The notes under the pieces are model-generated. The model searched no databases and was not told the origin of the DNA. It saw nothing but the letters and a program-made list of their open reading frames with translations. The translations under genes and the position numbers were made by a program. Source: Octopus sinensis (taxonomy: Eukaryota). From it: DNA of 64,000 nt. Positions 12,251 through 23,927 of the stretch are shown one piece after another. Every line of letters starts with the position of its first letter. The first letter of the stretch is position 1. The stretch covers positions 61,764,464 through 61,828,463 of the forward strand of contig NC_043011.1 in the NCBI RefSeq assembly GCF_006345805.1, given 5' to 3'.

Positions 12251-13574
12251 CATGTGTTCGGTTGATGAAAACTACTCCTGTTTACGATAGTAATCGAAGA
12301 GAACCAACTTCCGGGTCATCTTTACTAAATGTCACCACTCTGTTTGAAGAATCAACACCATCAGACAATGAACACCAAGAAGGAAGAAATATTATTTACA
12401 TATATATATATTCGTTTGTCCGACATCGCTGTTTTTCGTCCACACATAAAGCACGCCGGTGTTTACAAAACCTATAGAGCAACCAGTCCGCGGGTAGCTT
12501 TTTTGTTGTTGACGTATATGTAGTTTCGAAATGCCTTATTTTTCAACTATGAGATGTATTGCTATTGTCACGATTTTATCTTACTATAATCTGCAACAAA
12601 CACATTTCGTCAATATCAAAGTCTTTATTAGAAAAAAAGAAAATAACATGAAGGTAAAACAAAAGAAATGGCGGCTTATACACCTGGGCCCGGGGCAACA
12701 ATGTCACGACTTTCTTTATACTGGAAAGAGTCTAGGACATTTACCCCTCCCCCATGGGCAATAACCCACTGTAGCGTGGCAGTTTCAGCCATTTTGAAAT
12801 ATGACTATAGCGATTTCTAATATCTTCCCTATTTGAAAGGCAAGGCAGAAATGATCTCGTTTGAGGTTACAGCCATCTTTTGCCAACTTGTTCCTGTTGT
12901 AAACATTAACCTGATTGGTTGACACGTGACGCGATTTGTCTCCACTTATTTTCGCGCCACTGTCCCGAAACAACCAATCACGGCCTTTGGTTAAGATTCT
13001 ATTTCTGAGGCTCGTTTGAGCCACCCAACCGGTATATAAAGAAGTGTTTTCAGACACTTTTGGTCTTTGGTTCCAGTCCTTGTAAGGACTAACTTCAGAC
13101 CACAGCGCTACCCAATCAAGCGATATGCGATTGTTCCTGCTACTACTAGCTACGACGCTAATGTACACAATCACAGAAAGCATACTATCTTCGCCGTCTC
13201 CACCGTCATGTATCAACTTCAAGTCGCTTCCAACGTCTTCGCCATACGAACAGTAAACCAATTTCCATTATATATTCTATGTTCTGTACCCTTCTATGGC
13301 AAACGCATTCACTCTGATTGTATCTGTCACACACACGAACACACAGACACACACACGTGTTGCACGCGCACACACGTGTTAACGCTTACGAACTCCTAAC
13401 ATTGACACGGTTGTAAAATAAATAATATTTATCTCTGCACAGCAAGACTTGTCAATTCACTTATGTTCTGTTGTTACTGCATGTATTTATTAATAATTCG
13501 TTAAGGATAGAACCACGTGCGATCGTATTCCCTACACAATGCGACCACGTGTGTTCATATTTCTTACACCACCA

Positions 13575-14190
13575 AGGACAATTATCCCCGAGGACAACAG
13601 CCCCTAAGGGCAATTACCCCTAAGCAGTTAAACCCAAATTCCCCCCGTGTGTACCCTATTTTCCGGTGTATAAGCCACTATCTTTTACTTGGGAAATTTA
13701 ATGTGTGGCTTAAAGAAAGTTGCGCTCAAATGTGTGTATTTTGTATAGGTTTCAGGAGGAAAAATAATTTGTGTATGGAGATTGATTGACTCTAGTGATT
13801 TTTTCAGAGGAAAGGTCGGTCGGTGAACAACGTGAAGACTATTGCTACAGTACATTGGTGCCCGGAAGAAAACAAAAAGCATATTTGCTTTGTGTTACGT
13901 TCATGTTTTGATAACGTTATTTCTGATCTATAAAGACTTTAATATTGTTGTTGATTATTTCTAGAAAGAAATATTTAGATGTTTCAGCGCGTATTAATGC
14001 CGTAGTTAGCAATTATGACCACATAAATGGGATACGATATTTGCGAAGAACCGCGATAATTTGCACTTTTAAAATGATGATTTAAAACTTCTTAATATAT
14101 TGGAGAGGGGGTAATTAAGCAGTTGGGGTAATTGTCCAAGGGGGTATTTATCGTCAGGGGGAATTGTGTTAGGGGCAATTGTCCTCGGGA
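13575..14190. mobile_element. Putative non-autonomous DNA transposon with internally repetitive (foldback-like) terminal inverted repeats
   Basis: GGACAATT/GGGCAATTACCCC-type subrepeats at 13575-13650 are mirrored at 14105-14190. Confidence 0.45.
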
Positions 14191-14195
14191 AAGAG

Positions 14196-14337
14196 AGAAG
14201 AAAAAAGAAGCATAAAAGTTCATAGTTCAACTTTCCGAAGTTAGGATCTATGCAGGATTGAACCTAAGGACTCGCGCTCTGGTTTCTACAAATTTCGGAA
14301 AGTTGAACTACGAACTTTTATGCTTCTTTTTTCTTCT
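14196..14337. repeat. Hairpin / small MITE with about 44-bp arms
   Basis: AAGAAAAAAGAAGCATAAAAGTTCATAGTTCAACTTTCCGAA is near-perfectly inverted at 14294-14337. Confidence 0.8.
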
Positions 14338-14709
14338 TTCTTTCTACATCCTTATTCTTTTACTCACTTCCTGTATGTTGTCATCTTATTCATACATACC
14401 ATTCTCATTTTCCGTATTCACCCCCCATTTGTCTCTGATGATGGAATATCCCATACTCGGGGATATCCCAGAAAGAGCTGTAAGATTTTGAATTTCTTCC
14501 TCTTATAATATTGTATACGACTTGATATGCTTGCTTTGCTTTGATGTTTGACGTCCTGTTTAACAATTTTAGATCCGCTGCATCGGATAACTGCAATTGC
14601 TCAATAAATAACGTCTCGGCTATAACCTTGGAGCACCAGTAATTCGTTACGGCACTTACATAGCGTACCTAATCGTTTAGATCACATGTGAACTAAACCT
14701 CAATATCTT

Positions 14710-14750
<41 letters not shown>

Positions 14751-15489
14751 TATATATATATATAATATATATATATATATAGAAGAAATGAGATAATCAG
14801 AAGATCGGATGGTTTATATTTACAGATATTTATTTATATATTTTCCATTTATATATATATATATCATATCACTTAGATCATTAGCGCTTTCTCCCATTCT
14901 AGTGGGGTTTTCAAATCAAAATAAGTTCCTTTGTAGGGAATTTTGATCATTTTATAGTTTCGTAGTGGTGGGGAGGAATATAAGACAGTACAAGAGGGTG
15001 AGGTGGATGAGGATAAAGTGAGAGAGAGAACATGTGTGTATGTGTATGTGTGTGTGTATGTGTGTGTGTGTGTTTGTATCTGAGATGAGTGCTAAAGAGA
15101 AAGAGGGGAAGGGAGAGGGAAGAAGAAGGAAAGAATTTTTTTGGTCTGCTGGACAGAATATTGACTCCAAGGGGGTTCTAAGAATTTCAGCTTTGACCAC
15201 TTCACACTGTCACTGAGTGTGTGCTGGCGCGGAGGTAGGCCATAAATTATATTTCCTTTTATCATTGTGAGAATGGTCAAATGCTTTTTTGGGTTTAAGA
15301 TTTCTTTCCACTTTTTATGATCGTTTTGTGGAGGTGTGTGTGTGTGTCTGTGAGTGTGTGTGTTTGTGTATGTGTGTGCGTGTGTGTGTGCGTGTGCGTG
15401 TGGCTGTGTGTTTGGAGAAGGGGAGAGAGATAAAAAAATAAAAAGAAAAATAAGGGAGGAAGGGGAAAAAATTGTGTTGATATTTATAC

Positions 15490-15990
15490 CACTATATATA
15501 TATACACGCTTATACATGAAATATTTGAAAAAAAACCTTTTATCGGTTCAAAATGAACAACTAAATTACACCATCTTGAAAATTGTATATCATAGGAAAG
15601 TTAAAATTAAAGTGACAATTAAAAAGTAAAGATGAAGTAAATTATAAAAATAATATAATGTATATAACAGGCAATATATATATATACACACACACATATA
15701 TATATATATACAGACATATACTAAATGTGCTACTATATTAGATTGTAAATCGAAAGATGTGTCCTTCAATGTCACTATATATATATATACACGCTTATAC
15801 ATGAAATATTAGAAAAACACACCTTCTATCGATTCAAAATGAACAATCAAATTACACCATCTTGAAAATTGCATATGATAGGAAGGTTAAAATTAGAATG
15901 ACAATTGGCAAGTAAAGATCAAGTAGATTACAAAAGTAATATAATATATATAACAGGTAATATATATATACACGCACACACACACACAAT

Positions 15991-16047
<57 letters not shown>

Positions 16048-16098
16048 TAAATGTTCTACTATATTATATTGTAAATCGAAAGATTTGTCCTTCAATGT
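15490..16098. repeat. Two-copy tandem duplication, unit about 280-330 bp
   Basis: ACACGCTTATACATGAAATATT...GTCCTTCAATGT occurs twice; the length difference is in the internal TA/CA tracts. Confidence 0.9.
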
Positions 16099-16113
16099 AT
16101 GATGAGTAAAGTT

Positions 16114-16430
16114 TCAGCCATTTAATTTGGGGGAGAACTTAGCTATGAAATATTTTTCCATATTCCTCCTGAAAGAGGTGTCGTTCTTCGAACATTTGTA
16201 GAAGGGAAAGATCTTAAATTTTCCTTCTCCACACGTAGCTAGGTGTGTACTTAGTGGTATTTTGCGTAGTTCTTCCTGACGAACATGTTGTCAGTGAATC
16301 CTGGCTCGCTGGCACAAAGAATTACCAGTTTCACCTACGTAATTCTCCTTGCACGTGGGGCAGGTTATGCAGTATATGACGTTCTGCGTCTTGCAGTTCA
16401 TATCTGCATTTACTTTGGTGAAAAATTTTT
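16114..16430 (-). pseudogene. Penelope-like GIY-YIG endonuclease 3' fragment
   Basis: Minus-strand translation NCKTQNVIYCITCPTCKENYVGETGNSLCQRARIH*QH...FKIFPF...EKYFIAKFSPKLNG*, with VIY...YVG motifs and one internal stop. Confidence 0.82.
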
Positions 16431-16737
16431 AAAAGTGCTTGATTTAACTTAATGGTGATTTAACCGGGGATTCATAGAATTACTTAACCAGTTTAAAGGA
16501 TGCAAGTACTCGAAGAACCTGATGCAAGAAAGTAAACCCACAAATCGATATTTATATCATCCATAATGTGAACGAAATTAATGTATCTCGAAGATTATTA
16601 TGTATTAACACTGGTATTGATATTTTGAGCTGCTATACAACTGCGGTGATAATAGTAGTAATAGTATTAGGAACAATGACACTAGTAATAACAGTGATAA
16701 TAATAACGGTGACAGCTGTAAATTGAGTAATTATAAA

Positions 16738-17098
16738 ATGAAGAAGAAAAAGAAGAAAAAGAAGAAGAAGAAGAAGAAGAAGAAGAAGAAGAAGAAGAAA
16801 AGAAGAAGAAGAAGAAGAAGAAGAAGAAGAAGAAGAAAAGAAGAAGAAGACAAAGAAGAAGAACTAGAACAAGAAAAGGAAGAAGACTAAGAAGAAGAAA
16901 AGGAAGATGACGAAGAAGAAGAAGAAAAGGAAGAAGAAGAAGAAGAAGAAGAAGAAGAAGAAGAAGAAGAAGAAGAAGAAGAAGAAGAAAGAAGAAGAAG
17001 AAGAAGAAGAAGAAGAAGAAAGAAGAAGAAGAAGAAGAAGAAGAAGAAGAAGAAGAAGAAGAAGAAGAAGAAGAAGAAGAAGAAGAAGAAGAAGAAGA
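16738..17098. repeat. (GAA)n microsatellite
   Basis: Direct reading. Confidence 0.97.
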
Positions 17099-17159
17099 GC
17101 AACAACAACAAAAAGATCAACGGAGACAATTATATTAATAACGATAATTCTATCTGTCA

Positions 17160-17358
17160 TAGTCACAAGGCCAGAAACTTTGGGGAAGGGAGCAAGTCAA
17201 TTACATCGACTCTAGTGAGTAACTTGTACTTATTTCACCGATCCCGAAAAATGAAAGGTAAAGTTGACCTAGGTGGAATTTGAACTCAATACTCAAAGAC
17301 AGACGAAATGCCTCTAAGCATTTTGCCCGGTGTGCTAACGATTCTTCAAGCTCGCCAA
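17160..17358 (-). mobile_element. tRNA-derived SINE (family 2)
   Basis: GGCGAGCT..AGAATCGTTAGCAC head, GTTCAAATTCC B-box, GAAAGG..AAAGTCGACC core; many copies in the window. Confidence 0.8.
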
Positions 17359-17399
17359 CTGATTATGGTAATAGTAATAATGATAATAGATATGACATA

Positions 17400-17725
17400 A
17401 ATGGTAATGATACGACTCCGAAGAAATGCAATTGTCGAGACCGAGCTAAATGTCCTCTTGAATGCAGTTGTCTCACAATGAATATCGTTTACATATGTAT
17501 CATAAAAACCAATACTGATACCTTCACCTACATAGGCAGAACATCTCTTGTCTTCAAAGTAAGATTACGTAATCAACTTTAAGTTAACTTAGACAATATT
17601 GTAAGGCCGCGACCCTGCTCCCTAGATTATATGTTGGCAATCTTACATCGAGTGTAATTTGACGGTATTAGGCAGTATTTCAGCTTACGTGAGCATTTCT
17701 GGCAACTCACGCCTATTCTCGCCCC
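17400..17725 (+). mobile_element. Penelope-like (Neptune-type) GIY-YIG relic
   Basis: KCNCRDRAKCPLECSCLTMNIVYICII...TYIGRTSLVFKVRL; inverted paralog at about 36470-36790. Confidence 0.75.
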
Positions 17726-18917
17726 ATTCTCTTAAAACTATTACCATGTCTAAATATTTAAACATATTTTAATATAATTATATTACTCTTATATTGGACA
17801 GCATTGTAACCGTAGGTGCATTCGGACACTCTTTATGTGTGTACCGATAGACACAGGTATATATTTTGTTTTTTTTTGGGGGGTGATAGTAAAATATGTG
17901 CGAATGGATAGATATATAGGTGCAAATGTTTGTATAAGTATATTTGTGTGTATGTGTGTGTGTGCGCGTATGTGCGTAAGCGTGCATGTACATGCACGCG
18001 TATATGGATATGTATCAATATGTCGACTTATATGTACGTGTATGCATGTATGTTTGTACTTATGTATATAAATATATGTGTGTGAGTGTGCGTGTGTGCA
18101 TGTGTGTGTCAGGGTGTATCTATATGTGTATATATGTGTGTGTGTCAGGTATGTATATATACATGTGTGTGGATATATGTATATGTGTATATATGTGTGT
18201 ATATCTATGTATGTGCATGTATTTATTTATGCATGTGTATGTGTGGGTATATAAATGTGTATACATGTATATATGCGTGTGAGCATACTGCTCCCTTGTC
18301 ATCTCTTTTATTCCTTTTGATGTCTGCCTTAAACCCTTTTCAAATCTTCAAAAGAATGTTGATTTTATTTACAACCCGTAGTTTATCTTATTCTCTTTTA
18401 ATGATGTTGTACTATATCGCCCCTTCTTTTCTCCCGCCATTTCCGTCCTGCTGCTCCTCCGCCTATTTTCCTTTCTCATTCTGACCCCCGGAACGAGCTC
18501 ATTGAGGTGTCACCATAAATAATAAAGTTTGTAATATTTGCAGTATTTACTCTGCCAGTGGTCGGTTCGGTCAGTTTGCTCTGTGTACAATTTTATGAGA
18601 AATTCCAAGTAGTAAAAATTTCTCTTTGTTGACTTGAATGAGACGTTTTGTTTTTGCATGATGTAACGCTATTCTTTATCAGCAAAGACGGCTGAAAGAA
18701 ATTTGTGTTATTGTTTATACACACATACATTCATACACAGTCACACACACACATACACACACATACGCTCTCTCTCTCTCTCACAAACGCACACACACTT
18801 TGATACATAAATGTTATATTTCAACATTTCACTTAGTGAAAACCATTAAAGGCATCATAATAAAATATTAGAGAAAACCGTATGGGGCAAATATAAGCTG
18901 GCTTCAGTGAGGAGAAA

Positions 18918-18947
18918 CAGCTGTTACATCATTTCTGAATATAAAAG
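18918..18947 (+). promoter_or_regulatory. Copy B promoter module: CAGCTG + TTACATCA + TATAAAAG
   Basis: Direct reading; conserved across paralogs. Confidence 0.65.
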
Positions 18948-19008
18948 AAATGGAGACAAGTGAGGGAACATTTCATGATCGGACAGTCATTGAAAAAGAA
19001 AATCCACG

Positions 19009-19042
19009 ATGAAATATTGTCTGTGTTTTCTCTTTATTATCG
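19009..19042 (+). CDS. Secreted Cys-rich protein family, copy B, exon 1 (MKYCLCFLFII, phase 1)
   Basis: ATG...ATCG|GTAAGT; inverted paralog of 8587-8620. Confidence 0.78.
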
Positions 19043-19116
19043 GTAAGTAGTTACAAGACAAATGTTTTTATCTTCATAATTGTTTGTATTCAATATATGA
19101 TTATCATTTAATCTAT

Positions 19117-19171
<55 letters not shown>

Positions 19172-20211
19172 GAATGTATAGTCACTAATTTAGCGAGTCA
19201 GGTATGATGTTTTGAAGCCCAACTGTACACCGCATACAATCAAGTGGAGAATCGTAGAGAAACCCATGCCATATGTAAATGGATTAAAGCAAACTAACTT
19301 TTGCGTAGCAGAATGACCGTACAAAGATTCCACCACTCTACTTAATTCCAGAATCGAAATTTTCAGCAAATGCAAGCAGATGGTCAAATTTCTTTTGGGG
19401 AAACTGGTGTCTACCACTCTCATCCGATTGAGAAATTGTATGGCAAAATTAGCACCCGTCTCTGTTGGATTCCTCTGCAACAAATAGTTTATTTATGCCT
19501 TCTACTGGGAAACACAACGTAATCCTAATTTTCTTTCTTTACCGTTTAATCAACTTTCAATTTTGCATCAACCTTCTTCCCGATTTTAGGTTTTTATTTC
19601 TCGTGTACTAGCGTATTGGCTTGCAAACAAAAACGATCATGTGATCATAGTCTTAAGTTGCTTGTTGACGCAAAGCTCGTTATGAAAACATCATTAGCCA
19701 CGTGTTTCGGAGCAAGAAACAATTATCAGTGCATATTTTATGCTGAGTACTTTAAATGATGTTCACAATGTAAAGATAAAACTTCAAACCCCTTGTTTAG
19801 ATATAAAGGTTGAACGGTTTGGAAGATGCCTGACTTATGCCTGACGAGTTAGGTTCGTTTTGTTAGCCTACGTAATATAAAAATGAAATCGTCAGGTGAA
19901 TAACGAGAAAAGTTAATATTTAGAATTTCTCGAAAACAATATGGCGTAGTGGAATATGACTCTAGCAAACAGGTTAAATGTTGCGTGATTACAATATATA
20001 TATACATATATATATTATAACTATTAGTGGTTTGGAGTTTAGCTGCTCTTTCTAGTGAGTCGGATGTGCTATTATGGCCATCCCTTATATGTTTCAATGT
20101 ATATTACATAGTCTATTGACTATTTTTTCCTTCTCACTTGACCGCTGGTAGCGGAGAATTTTCTAGAATTTTTTGCTACCCTAAAATTTATTAATATATA
20201 TATATATGTAC

Positions 20212-20333
<122 letters not shown>

Positions 20334-20346
20334 ATATATATATATA

Positions 20347-20510
20347 TATAAAATATTATTAGAGACAAAACCACTATTTTGCAAAACAAACAAGGAAAGA
20401 CTAATCAATACATAAAATTTTAATAAATAATTTATTAAAATTTTATGTATTGATTAAGTCTTTCCTTGTTGTTTTGCAAAATAGTGGTTTGTCTCTAATA
20501 ATATTTTATA
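20347..20510. repeat. Near-perfect 164-bp palindrome in intron 1 of copy B
   Basis: Arms of about 80 bp around a 3-nt loop near 20428-20430. Confidence 0.92.
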
Positions 20511-20587
20511 ATATTTACTATAAAATTGGATTTAATCCTAAATCTGATTTTTTCCCTGTAAATTTGGATTTATTCCCTAATATTTAT

Positions 20588-20657
<70 letters not shown>

Positions 20658-20658
20658 G

Positions 20659-20832
<174 letters not shown>

Positions 20833-21382
20833 CATGTATATATAGATACGTGTGTGCATTAGCTTCCGCGCGTGTTCTTCGGTTGTGTGTATGTGTACGC
20901 AGCACACATATTCCAAGCCTTTCAAGCTTTATATTTAAACAAGTTTTTGCAGAGCGAATTCTTGGTTGAGCGTAAAAGTCTCTGCTTGAATTTAATACTG
21001 GTTCAATCGCCTGCCCCACAATCTCCCGTTCGGCTTTTACCCACCGATGCCGGTGAGACAATTATTCGTGATTGCTTATATATCGAGAAAAGAAATTCGT
21101 TGGAGAAGGCTGCACGTTCATGACAAGCCTCGTGAAGGGCGAAATAGATCTAATATTCTCATGACTCACTGCTGGGATGACGTTCTTTTAGCTTAGAAAC
21201 ATATTGCCTTTTAAACACTCATCCAATTCTACAGACTCATGTTTTCAAACGATATGTATAAGTTGTATAAATTTTGTATGATACACATTTGTCAAGTTGC
21301 AGATTAAATTTTCATCATTACGACCTGTTATATTTCTCGAACTTTTTCAACATTCTCTATTTTTATTTTCTACTTATTTCAG

Positions 21383-21439
21383 TCAATGGACTTCAGATAT
21401 GTCTTGGGATGTATGGCGTGGGAAGGAGTAATATGCCGA
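21383..21439 (+). CDS. Copy B, exon 2 (VNGLQICLGMYGVGRSNMP; phase 1-1)
   Basis: ctacttatttcag|57 nt|gtaagtag; open in the phase set by exon 1. Confidence 0.75.
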
Positions 21440-21594
21440 GTAAGTAGATAATAACTCAATCTATTTAAATATGGTATTGTTTATCAAACATTAATTTTTG
21501 AAAATCCAACATTGTCTATGGAGTGTCGACAGAAATATGCACGACAAAAGACGCAGAAGCACACATACCCACACATACACACACATGCATACCC

Positions 21595-21667
<73 letters not shown>

Positions 21668-21765
21668 AATATATATATATATACATATATATACATATAT
21701 ATTTATATACATATACATACATATATACATAAACATATATATGTACACATACATAAATGCATATA

Positions 21766-21821
<56 letters not shown>

Positions 21822-21824
<3 letters not shown>

Positions 21825-22217
21825 TAGCAGTATCGCCCGGCGTTGCTCGGGTTTGTAAGGGAAATAATTATATAAGCATTTTTAGAGATGTAAAGTATAA
21901 TAGCCATCTCAATATGGCTAACCACAAAGGGGGAGGGGTGTTACTGTAGCTTTTTACGTTCTGAGATTTAATAATAAATTTTAGAGAGTTACTTCCCTTA
22001 TATATGTCAAAAATGGATTAAAAATGGGGAAAATTGATGGTAATTTTTTTTTAAATCGTAGACTCATCGTAGACGCGCGCTAATACCCAGACGGGCTCGA
22101 TATGAATCACGACTATAAGATACCCGGTTTTGGTTAAACTGCACCGCAAAATGTGGGCGTAGTTAGGAATCTAAATCGTAGGAGACAGACACACAACCTC
22201 ACTTTTATATATAAAGA
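21822..22217 (+). mobile_element. Putative Helitron/Helentron-type non-autonomous element inserted in (TA)n
   Basis: Begins ACTAGCAGTATCGCCCGGCGTTGCTCGGG (short hairpin) and ends ...TTTTATATATAAAGAT; absent from paralog A. Confidence 0.45.
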
Positions 22218-22377
22218 TTTCCCCTATTTACATAATATTGAGGTCTCTTTCTTTCTTTTGTTATCTTACTGTTTTTACCAATATACATATATATATATAT
22301 AAATATATATATAGTTACAGAGATGTACTTGCATAGCAAGTGACTTGATCTGAGATCGTGTGCTGGAACGAAAACAG

Positions 22378-22634
22378 TTGCAGCGTTGAAGGTGTTTATA
22401 GGCCATTTAAGAAGCACACAAAAACCGTTAGATTCACTTCAACATTTAAATTTAATTTGTCAAAATATTTTCGTCGCTTTGAGACCGCGACCTGTTAGCA
22501 CGATATTTTTGTCAGTGAACAGGTCGCGGTCTCAAAGCGAGGAAAATATTTTGGCAAATTAAATTTAAATGTTGAAGTGAATCTAACGGTTTTTGTGTGT
22601 TTCTTAAATGGCTACAAACACCTTCCACGCTGCA
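22378..22634. repeat. Long inverted repeat (about 115-bp arms, about 20-nt spacer)
   Basis: TGCAGCGTTGAAGGTGTTT...GACCTGTT is mirrored by AACAGGTC...AAACACCTTCCACGCTGCA. Confidence 0.92.
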
Positions 22635-23858
22635 ATATATATATATACACACATATATATATATGTATGTATGTATGTATGTGTGTATATGTGTATGCAT
22701 GTATGTGTGTGTGTGTGCGTGTCTGTGCTTGTGATTGTCCTCCACCACTGCTTGACAACGAATGTTGGTTTGTTTACATCCCTGTTTGTTTACATCCCTA
22801 GTGGTTTGACAAAGGAAACAGATAGAATAAGTACAATGCTTACAAAAATAAAACTGGAATTGATTCATTAAACTACAATTCTTCAAGGCATTGCCCCAGC
22901 ATGGCCACAGACCAATGGCTGGAAAAAGTAGAAGAATAAAAGAATACATTCTCTGCTTTGGTCTTATGTTCAAGGCATGAGAAAGCTTGAGTTTACATGA
23001 GAAGGCCTAACAGACCTGGTAGAAACAGCAGCCAAATCTCCCTCAAATCACACCTTACTGTCTTATGTTTGTATATATATATGAGCCAATGAGGGGGACC
23101 TCTACATGGTAGCTAGACCTGGTAGAAATAGCAGCCAAATCTCCCTCAAATCACACCTTACTCTCTTATGTATGTATATATATATATATATATACAAGCC
23201 ACTACGGTTATTTAATGTAAAGTCTTCCTCAAATCACTCTCGCTATTTACTCTCTTCCAAGAACATTTTCACTCACTCTTATCTCTTAGCTTGCCATACA
23301 TTTTACTCATGTATCTATCAGCGTGATAGACAGAAACAAATATTACATCGCCATTGCCATCGCCATCGCATTCTATTGTCTACCTGTCAACACACACACA
23401 GTGAATTACTTTCATTTTATTCGTTGCACACTGTGTGTGTGCGTGTGCGTGTGGTGTAAACCACATTAAGAAAAGCATTTGACATACACACCAGAATGTG
23501 AGTTTTCTGTAAATTTTGCTTAATTGGAGTTTAAATTTTAAAAACTGGACCTGGCATGACCCGATGCATTCTACTCTTAAAAATGCTAGGTAAATTGTAA
23601 TTGAAGAAATCCTATATTGTAGATTTCTATAACTGACAAAGGGAGGCAGATAAAATCTGCCTTTTATAATAAGAGATATATATTGGCGAGTGCTTATTAT
23701 AGTTTCTTTATCACTGTAGTATTTATTATTGGAACTTCTGCATGTTTTTTTTAATTATTCAATGTAATAATTCTTATTGTTTGATGAGAATCTAATAAAC
23801 TGCTTACAATATATGCAATGAATATGTATATTAGATACATAGTGTTCTATTTATATAT

Positions 23859-23859
<1 letters not shown>

Positions 23860-23922
<63 letters not shown>

Positions 23923-23927
23923 TTATC
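23860..23927. repeat. (TATC)n microsatellite, paralogous to 6207-6305
   Basis: Flank 23685-23860 matches the reverse complement of 6307-6470. Confidence 0.92.

Larger units (their letters stand above)
16555..18636. repeat. Segment duplicated in inverted orientation at 35555-37312 (upstream region of gene copy B)
   Basis: Long near-identical reverse-complement match by eye, including a SINE, a PLE relic and a CA/TA tract. Confidence 0.92.

Noticed and set aside
16149-16190. Apparent fifth 'MKYFSIFLLK' first exon on the plus strand
   Set aside because: It has no GTAAG donor and no promoter module, and it is the antisense of the Penelope GIY-YIG C-terminus.
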